A stretch of 64,000 bases of DNA from Eledone cirrhosa. Lineage: Eukaryota. The translations under genes and the position numbers were made by a program. Location of the stretch: positions 26,040,001-26,104,000 of the forward strand of contig OZ024746.1 of assembly GCA_964016885.1 (NCBI GenBank), given 5' to 3'. The notes under the pieces are model-generated. The model worked only from the letters and a program-made list of their open reading frames with translations, ran no database searches and had not been told where the DNA came from. Of the stretch, positions 26,986 to 40,041 are shown piece by piece. Every line of letters begins with the position of its first letter. Position 1 is the stretch's first letter.

Positions 26986-27044
26986 AAACAATAGCACCAC
27001 TGACGATGTTGCAGATGTGCAACGAAAGATTTATGATAAACTAT
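26986..27044 (+). ncRNA. Type I hammerhead-ribozyme-like motif in the 3' pLTR
   Basis: CUGACGA 27000-27006, stem II GUUGCA/UGCAAC 27008-27023, GAAA 27024-27027, UUA triplet ending 27033; stem I imperfect. Confidence 0.6.
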
Positions 27045-27280
27045 ATATATATGTTTGTGTCTATATTGTATCTGTATTATTTTTGACCGTCGGTCAGTCA
27101 ATGGCAACATTGAGGACCGAGTAAATTAGACTACCGATATAAAAGACACAGAAGCGAAAAGCAAAAACCAACCAAACAGTGAGTGTGTTCTGTTATTAAT
27201 TCTGGCAATATTACACAAATATGACCCTCCCCACGTATAACTATATATATGTATATATACATATATATATATACATGTAA

Positions 27281-27335
<55 letters not shown>

Positions 27336-27371
27336 AATATATATATACATGTATATATATATATATATATA

Positions 27372-27680
27372 TCATCATTTCATTTTAAGTCCGCTTTTTC
27401 CCTGCTTGCAAGGGTGAGATGGGAACTGGTTCTGTCTTGATTTCTACAGCTCGATGCCCTTCCTAACACCAACCTCATTTACAGTGAGTGCTGGGTGCTT
27501 TTTTGCCGTGGCACCTCCACGCCCACTTTGCAGTGGAATGATATGGACCCCAGTCCCTATCATCTCATTTCTACAGCTGAGTAAACTAGAGTAATGTGAA
27601 ATAAAGTGTCTTGCTCAAGGAAACAACACATCATCCGGTCTGAGAATTGAACTCACAACCTTTCGATTGCAAGGCCAATG

Positions 27681-27682
<2 letters not shown>
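27372..27682 (-). mobile_element. SINE family B, slightly 5'-truncated
   Basis: Similarity to 19376-19716. Confidence 0.88.
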
Positions 27683-27720
<38 letters not shown>

Positions 27721-27754
27721 ACATATATACATACATACATATATATATACATAT

Positions 27755-28355
27755 GGTGGCTGCGAACTCGTTTTCAAGTACGGCCACTACTTAATATCCA
27801 TGTAGGAGAAACCCCTACCAATGCACTGAACGAATGTGACTTTTTAGTCCAGCCAGCGACTTGAAAACTCTGGTACAAACACTACACTTGTGACAATTAT
27901 TGACACATAGTACTGGTCCCATGTGACGACAAGGGCAGGGAGATCTCCAGATATAAAGCAATGCCTGTGCCGTGAAGCTTTTATAGTGAGCAAAGGCACT
28001 GCACAAAGCCAGTCCCACTCTCTTAACCAAGATGATATTTACCAAAAAGAAGAACAAGTCAACATCATTGGATACCATCAGGGTTGCAGGTGTTATATCA
28101 GAGTTTTCCTTCTCCTAGAATTCTGCCTTGACAAAGGCTAAGAGGCCATCTCTCCCGGTGATTTTGGATGGCCATTGATTCTTAAGAGCACCTTTGCCCT
28201 TTGACAGGTTTTGTTTATAGTCCTGCAGGATGTCCAAAGTCACCCTCCTCACCAAGAAACCTTGGTGGGGTTGCCAGTTTAATCGCCAACGATCCGACCA
28301 TGAGACAGGTTGTACTGGGATACATGTTACCAGTAGCACCAACTGGTGACCTGAC
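27755..28355 (-). mobile_element. ~600-bp non-autonomous RTE-derived element (family Z), copy 1
   Basis: Near-identical to 42821-43433 and 33840-34323; RTE-like 5'UTR joined to a C-terminal [17 protein letters not shown] zinc-finger tail; no RT or endonuclease. Confidence 0.8.
27815..28078 (-). CDS. Possible 87-aa ORF ending in a C2H2 zinc finger, inside family Z
   Basis: ATG start; C-x2-C-x12-H-x4-H; frame also open in copy 2 (99 aa); expression unknown. Confidence 0.25.
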   Translation of the reverse strand: MVSNDVDLFFFLVNIILVKRVGLALCSAFAHYKSFTAQALLYIWRSPCPCRHMGPVLCVNNCHKCSVCTRVFKSLAGLKSHIRSVHW

Positions 28356-28558
28356 AGGATATATATACATATACATGTATACAGGATATATATACATATA
28401 CATGTATACATACATATATATATACATATACATGTATATATACGTATACATGTATACATACATATATATATACATATATATATAAATATACATGTATACA
28501 TACATACATACATATATATATACATATACATGTATACATACATACATACATATATATA

Positions 28559-29067
28559 TTGCGTATGAAGGATGACAGCTGCATAAAAAGGTGCAGAGCA
28601 CTAGAAGTTGATGGAAACCGCGGAGTGGGGAGACCCAAGATGACTTGGGATGAGGTGATAAAAGCCGACCTTACCCAACTACACCTCTCAAAGTCAATGA
28701 CACACGACCGTGACATCTGGCGTCACGCAGTAATACAGGGTACCCGACCTCCCATGGGTACATGCTGAAGCATATAAACAATATGCCCCCACTCCCCCCA
28801 CCGCAAGGTGGTCGTGGAGGTGCCACGGCAAAAAAGCACCCAGCCCACACTGTAAAGTGGACGTGTAGGCGCCACGAAAAATCACCCAGCACTCACTGTA
28901 AATGAGGTTGGTGTTAGGAAGGTCATCCAGCTGTAGAAATCAAGCCAGATCAGTTCCTGTATGAGCAAGGTATAGTCAGCCGACCAGACACTGCCCACAA
29001 CAGGACAACCCGTTTAACCCATGCTAGCGTGGAAGAACGGACGTAAAACGGTGATGATGATGATGAT
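28559..29067 (+). mobile_element. RTE family 2 3' fragment with extended SINE-like tail
   Basis: [25 protein letters not shown], then GGTGTTAGGAAGG..CATCCAGCTGTAGAA and CCCATGCTAGCGTGGAA..GGACGTAAA(GAT)n. Confidence 0.85.
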
Positions 29068-29503
29068 ACATACATATATATATATATATATACATGTATA
29101 CATACATACATATATATATATACATATACATGTATACATACATACATATATATATATACATATACATGTATACATACATATATATATATACATATACATG
29201 TATACATATATATATATATATATATACATATACATGTATACATACATACAAATATATATACATATACAAGTATACATACATACATAAATATACATACATA
29301 CATATATACATATACAAGTATACATACATATATACATATACAAGTATACATATATATATACAAGTATACATACATACATATACAAGTATACATACATACA
29401 TACATACATACATACACAAGTATACATACATACATACATACATACATACATACATACATACATACATACACAAGTATACATATATACATACATACATATA
29501 TAT

Positions 29504-29548
<45 letters not shown>

Positions 29549-29622
29549 CATATATATATACATATATATATATACATATATATATATACATATATATATA
29601 TACATACAGTATATATATATAT
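29067..29622. repeat. (TA)n/(TACA)n compound microsatellite
   Basis: Read directly. Confidence 0.95.
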
Positions 29623-30039
29623 GTAGTAACAACTACAATAACAACTACAGCACCAACAACTGCCACCACCATCACTGACCATCCACCACCACCACACTGA
29701 CACCACCACCACACTGACACCATCCACCACCGCCATTACCAGCGTAAACAAACAATTATTATTGTTATTGTTATTATATACAAGCCGAACTGGACTGGGA
29801 AAGGTCAACAGTTGACATGATAGTGATTTTGACGATTTTGACTTTGATTTTGATTTTGTATCAGTACTGTCGGTAATATATGTATATATATATATATATG
29901 TTTGTGAGTGGTGTGCGTGATTGTATGCATGAATGAGTGTTGGTATGTGTGGTTGTGGTTTGTATGCATGAGTATTAGTGTGTGAGTCGTGTCAATAATT
30001 TTTTATTTTTTTTATTTTTTTTTTTTTAATAATGACGAT

Positions 30040-33000
30040 GCTGTAAAATGGAGGGGTAGAGAGGGCCCTTGAGTCTAGTAAGACATCCTCTCTAGTGCTG
30101 GTGGCACAAATAAAAGCACCCAGTCCATGCTGTAAAGTGGCGCTGGTGTTAGGAAGGGCATCCAACCAGTGTATCAACGCCAAAAAGCTTATCAGCACAG
30201 CAACAAAACAGCATAGAAAATATGAAGACGTCGCATCTCAGAGTTGCAACACTTAATGTTGGCACTCTCAGAGGTAGGTCTGCTGAAATAGCGGAGATGC
30301 TGGAGAGAAGGCAGGTGGATGTGTGCTGCGTGCAAGAGGTGAGATGGAGGGGTGCCTCTGCGAGACTAGTCGTAGGCAAGCGTCTTAGCTATAAGCTATT
30401 CTGGGTAGGTAAGGATGATGGGTTAGGGGGAGTAGGCATTTTCCTGGCTGAGAAATGGATCAATAAGACAATAGAGGTAGTTCGAGTTAGTAATCGAATA
30501 ATTAAGCTTAGATTAGTTGTAGGTAGGAGACTACTGACAATCATCTCGGTCTATGCTCCCCAAGCAGGCCTAGGCAAAGATGAGAAAGACTGCTTTTATG
30601 AGCAACTTTTGCAAACAACCACAATGACAGAGGACGGAGACATCGTTATGCTAGCAGGAGACTTCAATGGTCATGTTGGACAGCTCCAGGATGGTTACAC
30701 TGGGGTACATGGTGGGCACGGTTACGGTTCAAGAAATGAAGAAGGAGTGAGACTTCTTGAATTTTGTGATGCAAGTACATTGACTATTTGCAACACAAAC
30801 TTCCAGAAACCTGCCAATCACCTAATAACCTACAAATCTGGTGAGCACATAAGCCAGATTGACTTCCTGCTAGTTAGGCAGCGGGACAGGCAGATAGTGT
30901 CTAATACCAAGGCATACCCTGGGGAAGAATGTACCCCACAGCATAGGTTAGTTGTTAGTGATATCTCAGTAAGCAAGAGATGGAATGAGACATATAGGAA
31001 GGTGTGGAGAAGAAAGGTCTGGAAGCTAAAAGACCTTTCACTAAAATTCAAATTTAGGAAAGCCCTTCGAGATGTATATGACGAAAAAGAAGACGATTTA
31101 GAGACGTATGACATAGATAATAACTGGAAGTTCTTACGTGACAACTTGCTGAAGGCTACTGATGAAACCTGTGGCTGGAGCAGAGCTCCAACCAGACAGA
31201 GAGTGACCTGGTGGTGGAACAGCAGTGTAGATAAGGCTATTAGAGACAAAAGACTAGCATGGAAGGCTTGGAATAAGGGTGGGAGTAGGGAAGAATATAC
31301 AGCCACTAAGAGAGAAGCTGGACGTCAGGTGTACTTAGCACGCAGGGAGGCAGAGAGTAGGAGGTTTGCCAATGTTCTGCGACGGGAAGATCAGAGGCGT
31401 GCGGTGTTCCACATTGCAAGGCAGTGTGTCAATGCAAATCAGGATGTTGTTGGTGATAAATGTGTCCGGGATGATGCCGGTGTACTTAGTGTCACGAATG
31501 ACCAGAAAAAGGAGGCCTGGAAATGTCATTATGAGAGACTGATGAATGTGGAGAACGAATGGGAGAGAGAGAAATTACCCTTGGTAGATCCGACAGAGGG
31601 ACCAGCTATTGAGATTGACGAATATAGGGTCCAAGAGGCGATTAGGGAAATGAAAAATGGTAAGGCGGCCGGACCATCGGGAATAGTTGCTGAGATGCTG
31701 AAGGCATCAGGGGACGTAGGCACTAAACTGGTTGCACGCATAATCAATCAGGCTATATATGGTGGTGTCATACCCAAAGACTGGTGCAGCAGTATTCTCA
31801 TAAATTGCTACAAAGGTAAAGGGGATGCTTTGGAGAGGAGCAATTATAGGGGTATAAAACTGATAGATCAGGTTATGAAAGTGGCAGAAAGGATTTTAGC
31901 ACAACTAATTAGAGAAAGGGTCAAACTAGATGAGATGCAGTTTGGTTTTGTGCCTGGGAAGAGTACAACAGATGCCCTCTTCTTGGTGAGACAAATGCAA
32001 GAGAGGTTCTTAGAGAAGAATAAGCCACTATACTTAGCCTTTGTTGACCTAGAGAAGGCCTTTGATAGGGTACCCCGATCTGTCATCTGGTGGTCCCTAA
32101 GGAAGCTGGGTGTTGAGGAATGGCTTGTAAGGACAGTGCAAACTTTGTACAGAGGTACTCTCAGTAAAGTCAGGGTAGGAATGGAGTTTAGTGAGGAATT
32201 CCAGATACAAGTAGGAGTACATCAGGGTTCGGTCCTCAGCCCGCTCTTGTTCATTATAGTCCTCCAAGCCATAACAGAGGAGTTTAAGACTGGCTGTCCA
32301 TGGGAACTTCTCTATGCTGACGATCTGGCTCTTATGGCAGAATCAGTAGAGGAGCTAGAGAATAAATTCCGGCTATGGAAACAGCAGTTGGAAGCAAGAG
32401 GACTGAGAGTAAATCTAGCTAAGACAAAAGTGTTGATGAGTAGAAAAGAGGACAAAACCCTGATTCCGTCAGGGAAATGGCCATGTTCGATATGCAGAAA
32501 AGGAACTGGCATAAATTCTATAAAATGCACACAATGTAGGTCCTGGGTACACAAGAGATGTAGCGGGATAGCAGGCAAACTAACAGGTAGGGAGAACTAT
32601 GTATGCAGTAGATGTACAGGGAAATTAGACAGTAGAAGTCGCACTGATAGACACATTTTTCAAATGCGAGAGGGCGCTATAGAAGTGGTGGATAGCTTCC
32701 GGTACCTAGGAGATCAGATTAGCATGGGAGGAGGGTGTTTCGAGGCCATAGTATCTAGAATAAGGACGGGTTGGAAGAAGTTTAGGGAGCTGCTTCCTCT
32801 GTTGACGAAGAAGGGTTTCTCCCTGCGTACGAAAGGCCGGTTGTATGATGCCTGTGTGAGGAGCGCGATGCTGCATGGTAGTGAGACATGGGCAGCTACC
32901 GCAGAAGATATGCGACGGCTGGAGAGAAATGAGGCAAGCATGCTCCGTTGGATGTGCAGTGTAAATGTGCGTGAACGACCCAGCATAAATGTGTTGAGAG

Positions 33001-33292
33001 AGAAACTGTGTCTGAGAGGGATAGAATGTAGTGTACGGGAGAGGAGACTGAGGTGGTATGGACATGTGATGCGCATGGAGGATGACCGATGGGCGAAGAA
33101 GTGCCAGGAAATGCCAGTTGAAGGAAGACGTGGTAGAGGTAGACCACGAAAAACATGGGCGGAGGTGGTGAGAACAGACCTCAGATCATTGAAGCTCACG
33201 GTGGAGATGACGAGTGGAGAGATGCTGTGCTGAATAAGACCCGTCCCACCCTTGCAAGCAGGGAAAAGCGGACGTAAAATGATGATGATGAT
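30040..33292 (+). mobile_element. Near-full-length RTE-clade LINE (family 1); 5' boundary approximate
   Basis: Short 5'UTR, single long ORF, (ATG)n tail; no clear TSD. Confidence 0.92.
30222..33233 (+). CDS. RTE LINE polyprotein: APE endonuclease + reverse transcriptase + PHD-like finger
   Basis: 1003 aa with no stops; TLNV, QEVRW, YAP, GDFNGH, IDF, QHRLV (APE); [30 protein letters not shown] (RT); [16 protein letters not shown] (RTE C-terminus). Confidence 0.93.
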   Translation: MKTSHLRVATLNVGTLRGRSAEIAEMLERRQVDVCCVQEVRWRGASARLVVGKRLSYKLFWVGKDDGLGGVGIFLAEKWINKTIEVVRVSNRIIKLRLVVGRRLLTIISVYAPQAGLGKDEKDCFYEQLLQTTTMTEDGDIVMLAGDFNGHVGQLQDGYTGVHGGHGYGSRNEEGVRLLEFCDASTLTICNTNFQKPANHLITYKSGEHISQIDFLLVRQRDRQIVSNTKAYPGEECTPQHRLVVSDISVSKRWNETYRKVWRRKVWKLKDLSLKFKFRKALRDVYDEKEDDLETYDIDNNWKFLRDNLLKATDETCGWSRAPTRQRVTWWWNSSVDKAIRDKRLAWKAWNKGGSREEYTATKREAGRQVYLARREAESRRFANVLRREDQRRAVFHIARQCVNANQDVVGDKCVRDDAGVLSVTNDQKKEAWKCHYERLMNVENEWEREKLPLVDPTEGPAIEIDEYRVQEAIREMKNGKAAGPSGIVAEMLKASGDVGTKLVARIINQAIYGGVIPKDWCSSILINCYKGKGDALERSNYRGIKLIDQVMKVAERILAQLIRERVKLDEMQFGFVPGKSTTDALFLVRQMQERFLEKNKPLYLAFVDLEKAFDRVPRSVIWWSLRKLGVEEWLVRTVQTLYRGTLSKVRVGMEFSEEFQIQVGVHQGSVLSPLLFIIVLQAITEEFKTGCPWELLYADDLALMAESVEELENKFRLWKQQLEARGLRVNLAKTKVLMSRKEDKTLIPSGKWPCSICRKGTGINSIKCTQCRSWVHKRCSGIAGKLTGRENYVCSRCTGKLDSRSRTDRHIFQMREGAIEVVDSFRYLGDQISMGGGCFEAIVSRIRTGWKKFRELLPLLTKKGFSLRTKGRLYDACVRSAMLHGSETWAATAEDMRRLERNEASMLRWMCSVNVRERPSINVLREKLCLRGIECSVRERRLRWYGHVMRMEDDRWAKKCQEMPVEGRRGRGRPRKTWAEVVRTDLRSLKLTVEMTSGEMLC

Positions 33293-33439
33293 ACATATAT
33301 ACATCTATATAGCGAAAAATGGAACGGGAGCAAAACAGAGGGGCAGTACGAACAAAGGTTTATTAGTTTCACGCTCTTGGGAGTGGGGGTGGTGATGGTG
33401 GGATACATATATATACATACATATATATATACATACATA

Positions 33440-33493
<54 letters not shown>

Positions 33494-33506
33494 CATATAT
33501 ATATAC

Positions 33507-33545
<39 letters not shown>

Positions 33546-33554
33546 CATATATAC

Positions 33555-33601
<47 letters not shown>

Positions 33602-33602
33602 C

Positions 33603-33648
<46 letters not shown>

Positions 33649-33656
33649 ATATATAC

Positions 33657-33741
<85 letters not shown>

Positions 33742-33759
33742 CATATATAATATATATAC

Positions 33760-33808
<49 letters not shown>

Positions 33809-33839
33809 CATATACATATATATATATATATACATATAT

Positions 33840-34320
33840 GGTGGCTGCCAACTCGTTTTCGAGTACGGCCACTACTTTACATCCATGTAGGATAACCCCT
33901 ACCGAAGCGCTGAACGAGTGTGACTTTTTAGTCCAGCCAGCGACTTGAAACCTCTGGTACAAACACTACACCTGTGACAATTATTGACACATAGTGCTAG
34001 GCCCATGGTAGGACAATTATTGACACATAGTGCTGGGCCCATGTGAGGACAAGTGCAGAGAGATCTCCAGATATAAAGCAATGCCTGTGCCGTGAAGCTT
34101 TTATAGTGAGCAAAGGCACTGCACAAAGCCAGTCCCACTCTCTTAACCAAGATGCTATTTACCAAAAAGAAGAACAAGTCAACATCATTGGATACCATCA
34201 GGGTTGCAGGTGTTATATCAGAGTTTTCCTTCTCCTAGAATTCTGCCTTGACTAAGGCTAAAGGGGTCATCTCTTCCCGGTGATTTTGGATGGCCATTGA
34301 CTCTTAAGAGCTCCTTTGGC

Positions 34321-34323
<3 letters not shown>
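33840..34323 (-). mobile_element. Family Z copy 2, 5'-truncated, with a 36-bp internal duplication
   Basis: Matches 27755-28200; GACAATTATTGACACATAGTGCT.GGCCCATG occurs twice. Confidence 0.85.
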
Positions 34324-34379
<56 letters not shown>

Positions 34380-35059
34380 TACATATATATATATATATAT
34401 ATACATATATATATAAATATATATATATATACATATATAAATATATACATATATAAATATATATATAAATATACATATATATATATATACATATATAAAT
34501 ATATATATAAATATACATATATATATATACATATATAAATATATATATAAATATATATATAAATATACATATATATATACATATATATATATAAATATAC
34601 ATATATATATATAAATATACATATATATATATATATATACATATATATATAAATATACATATATTTAATATACATATATACATATATATATAAATATACA
34701 TATATATATATACATATATATATATATAAATAAATATATATAATATATACATATATATAAATATACATATATAAATATACATATAAATATACATATATAT
34801 ATATATATAAATATACATATATATACACATATATATATATATATATATAAATATACATATAAATATACATATATATAAATATACATATATATATATATAT
34901 ATATAAATATACATATAAATATACATATATAAATATACATATATATATATATATATAAATATACATATATATATATATATAAATATACATATATATATAT
35001 ATATATATATAAATATACATATATATAAATATACATATATATATATATATAAATATACA

Positions 35060-35091
<32 letters not shown>

Positions 35092-35583
35092 ATATACATA
35101 TATATATGCAAAGTTTTATTTAAATTGTTGGGTTAACAACGAGTAAATATTTATAATTGATATAAAAGCACTCAAACAAGTATTTGGAGTATATTTACAA
35201 TATTAAATAAATGGAAACTATATTTATAAAACCATATTTATTTTCATTATATATATATATCCTGAAATATGATATATGATATCCCTGAAATATATATAAT
35301 GAAATAAATATGGGTTTTATAAATATAGTTTCCATTTATTTAATATCGTACATATATATATAAACATACATATATATATATATATATACATATATATTAA
35401 TATAACATATATATATATAAATATAGTTTCCATTTATTTAATATTGTACATATATATATAAATATACATATATATATATATATATATACCATATATATAT
35501 ATATACATATATATATATAAATATACATATATATACATATACATATAAATATATACATATATATATATATATATAATATATAA

Positions 35584-35614
<31 letters not shown>

Positions 35615-35771
35615 ATATAAATATACATATATATATATAAATATACATATATATATATATATACATATATATATAAATATACATATACAATATATATTAT
35701 ATATAAATATACATATACATATAAATATACATATACATATATATATAAATATACATATACATATATATATA

Positions 35772-35802
<31 letters not shown>

Positions 35803-35848
35803 ATATACATATATATAAATATACATATATATATATATATAAATATAC

Positions 35849-35879
<31 letters not shown>

Positions 35880-35899
35880 CATATATATATAAATATACA

Positions 35900-35960
<61 letters not shown>

Positions 35961-35972
35961 ATATATATATAC

Positions 35973-36003
<31 letters not shown>

Positions 36004-36103
36004 CTATATTATATATATATACATATATATATACATATACATATATATATACATATATATACACATATATATATACATATATACATATATATATACATAT
36101 ACC

Positions 36104-36149
<46 letters not shown>

Positions 36150-36249
36150 ATATACATATACATATATACATATACATATATATATATATATACATATACA
36201 TACATATACATATATATAAATAAATATATATATATATAAATAAATATAC

Positions 36250-36284
<35 letters not shown>

Positions 36285-36602
36285 AATAAATATACAATAT
36301 ATACATATAAATATACATATATATATATATATACCTATATATAATATATATAAATAAATATACATATATACATATATACATATATATATATATATTATAT
36401 AAATAAAATATACATATATATATATATATATATAAATATACATATATATATAAATATACATATATATAATATATATAAATATACATATATATATATATAC
36501 ATATATATATACATATATATATACATATATATATACATATATATATACATATATATATACATATATATATACATATATATATACATATACACATATTATA
36601 TA

Positions 36603-36634
<32 letters not shown>

Positions 36635-36701
36635 CATATATACATATATATATATATACATATATATATATACATATATATATATATACATATATATATA
36701 T

Positions 36702-37504
36702 ACGTGAACGGCAAAAGCATAAACGAACTAAGGAAAAAATTAGAAATAAGAGGGATCAGATGTTGTTTACTCGAGAGAAGGCTACGTTGGTACGGTCACG
36801 TGATGCGCATGAAAGACGACAGCTGTATAACAAAGTGCAGGGCAATAAAGATAGACGGTAGCCACGGAGTAGGCAGACCCAGAAAAACATGGGACGAGCT
36901 GATAAATTCCGACCTCACACGCTTACACCTCTCCAAGACAATGTCACTGGACCGAGACCTTTGGCGGTACTCAGTAATAGAGAAGACCCGCCTTACCTAA
37001 ATACAAAGTAAAAACCTACTACAGTCAGTAGGCACCTCTATCAAAACACACCCCCGTCCAGCACCTCCACCCCACCCACACCGCCCCTTTCAATGTAAAG
37101 TTATGTTGGTCCCACAACATCCAGGCCGAAACAAATGAGATCGTGTAGGTGTCACGACAAAAAACACACAGTCCACGCTGTAAATGTGGCCGTGTAGGCA
37201 ACACGGTAAAAACCTCCCAGCCCCACACTGTAAATGTGGTTGGTGTTAGGAAGGGCATCCAGCTGTAGAAAACCCGCCAGACAGTCCACGCTGTAATGTG
37301 GCCGTGTAGGCAACACGGTAAAAACCTCCCAGCCCCACACTGTAAATGTGGTTGGTGTTAGGAAGGGCATCCAACTGTAGAAAACCCGCCAGACAGTCCT
37401 ATGCGAGCAAGACAACCACTCTTGCCTCAAGTGGGAAAACCCCCGTCCAAACCCATGCAAGCGTGGAACACGGACGCTAAACCTGATGATGATGATGATG
37501 ATGA
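36702..37504 (+). mobile_element. RTE family 2 3' fragment with long 3'UTR and a ~115-bp internal tandem duplication
   Basis: ORF 36704-37000 closely resembles the end of 54254-54970; ACAGTCCACGCTGTAA...AAAACCCGCCAG occurs twice. Confidence 0.88.
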
Positions 37505-37949
37505 TATATACATATATATATATACATATATACATATATATATATACATATATATATATATACATATATATATACACATATATATATACATATATATATA
37601 CATATACATATATATATACATATATATATACATATATATATACATATATATATACATATATATATATACATATATATATATACATATATATATATACATA
37701 TATATATACATATATATATACATATATATATACATATATATACATATATATACATATACATATATATACATATATATATATATACATATATAAATATATA
37801 CATATATATACATATATATATACATATATAAATATATACATATATATACATATATATATACATATATAAATATATACATATATATATACATATATATATA
37901 TATACATATATACATATATATATACATATATATATATATACATATATAC

Positions 37950-37982
<33 letters not shown>

Positions 37983-38279
37983 CATATATATACACATATA
38001 TATATACATATATATATACATATATATACACATATATATATACATATACATATATATATATATACATATATATACATATATTATATATACATATATATAA
38101 ACATATATATATATACATATATATATATACATATATATATATATACATATATATATAAATATATATATATATACACATATATATACATATATACATATAT
38201 ATATATACATACAATAAAATATTAAAAAAATAATGAATAAAACAATGAAACAGTTACTTATATTAAACAAAAAAAGTTC

Positions 38280-38428
38280 ATTATTTAACGAACGTTTCTA
38301 GGATATATATGTGTTAGAATTGGCATGCATATTCAACAGATCTATGTACAAAATTATACAAAATTATACAAACTATCAAGATTAAATATACATACCAAAC
38401 ACACATATATGCCGTCTTCAGAAATAAT
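38280..38428 (-). ncRNA. Hammerhead-like motif with a long stem II loop
   Basis: AUUAUUU-CUGAAGA...GAAAC-GUUC-GUU-AAAUAAU; perfect 7-bp stem I. Confidence 0.45.
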
Positions 38429-38465
38429 CTATAATAATATATATATATACATACATATATACATA

Positions 38466-38501
<36 letters not shown>

Positions 38502-39152
38502 CATACACATATATATATACATACATATATACATATACATATATATATACATACATATATATACATACACATATATACATACATATATACATATATATAT
38601 ATACATATATATATTTATAAATATATATACATATACACATATATATACATATATATACATATATATACATATATATACATATATATACATATATATACAT
38701 ATATATACATATATATACATATATATATACATATATATACATATATATATACATATATATACATATATATACATATATATAAATATATATACATATATAT
38801 AAATATATATACATATATATAAATATATATACATATATATAAATATATATACATATATATAAATATATATACATATATATAAATATATATACATATATAT
38901 AAATATATATACATATATATACATATATATAAATATATATACATATATATAAATATATATACATATATATATATATATATACATATATATAAATATATAT
39001 ACATATATATAAATATATATACATATATATAAATATATATACATATATATAAATATATATACATATATATAAATATATATACATATATATAAATATATAT
39101 ACATATATATACATATATATAAATATATATACATATATATAAATATATATAC

Positions 39153-39184
<32 letters not shown>

Positions 39185-39206
39185 ATATATATACATATAC
39201 ATATAC

Positions 39207-39243
<37 letters not shown>

Positions 39244-39340
39244 CATATATATACATATATATATACATATATATATATATACATATATACATATATACAC
39301 ATATATATATATATATATATATACATATATACATATATAC

Positions 39341-39371
<31 letters not shown>

Positions 39372-39380
39372 CATATATAT

Positions 39381-39439
<59 letters not shown>

Positions 39440-39440
39440 C

Positions 39441-39509
<69 letters not shown>

Positions 39510-39592
39510 TACATATATATATATATACATACATATATATACATATATATATACATATAAATATATATATATATACATATATATACATATAA

Positions 39593-39623
<31 letters not shown>

Positions 39624-39626
39624 CAC

Positions 39627-39677
<51 letters not shown>

Positions 39678-39690
39678 CATATATACATAC

Positions 39691-39721
<31 letters not shown>

Positions 39722-39779
39722 CATACATATATATATATACATACATATATATATATATACATATATATATATACATACA

Positions 39780-39831
<52 letters not shown>

Positions 39832-39866
39832 CATACATATATATATACATATATATATATACATAC

Positions 39867-39899
<33 letters not shown>

Positions 39900-39974
39900 C
39901 ATATATATATATACATACATATATATATATATATACATATATACATATACATACATATATATATATATATACAC

Positions 39975-40007
<33 letters not shown>

Positions 40008-40010
40008 CAC

Positions 40011-40041
<31 letters not shown>

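Larger units (their letters stand above)
25372..27241 (+). mobile_element. 5'-truncated Penelope-like element with inverted pseudo-LTRs (25372-25648 vs 26950-27241)
   Basis: RT C-terminal LPVLD motif and GIY-YIG domain inside; ~280-bp inverted terminal repeat with a few substitutions and one ~14-nt indel; (TA)n on both sides. Confidence 0.88.

Noticed and set aside
25488-27110. Duplicated MLPLTDRRSKII... ORFs on opposite strands as a gene pair
   Set aside because: Both are antisense readings of the PLE inverted repeat; the first merely runs into the truncated RT frame
30830-33304. Antisense ORFs within the RTE LINEs (also 54396-56588)
   Set aside because: Shadow frames of the sense coding strand with no recognisable motifs
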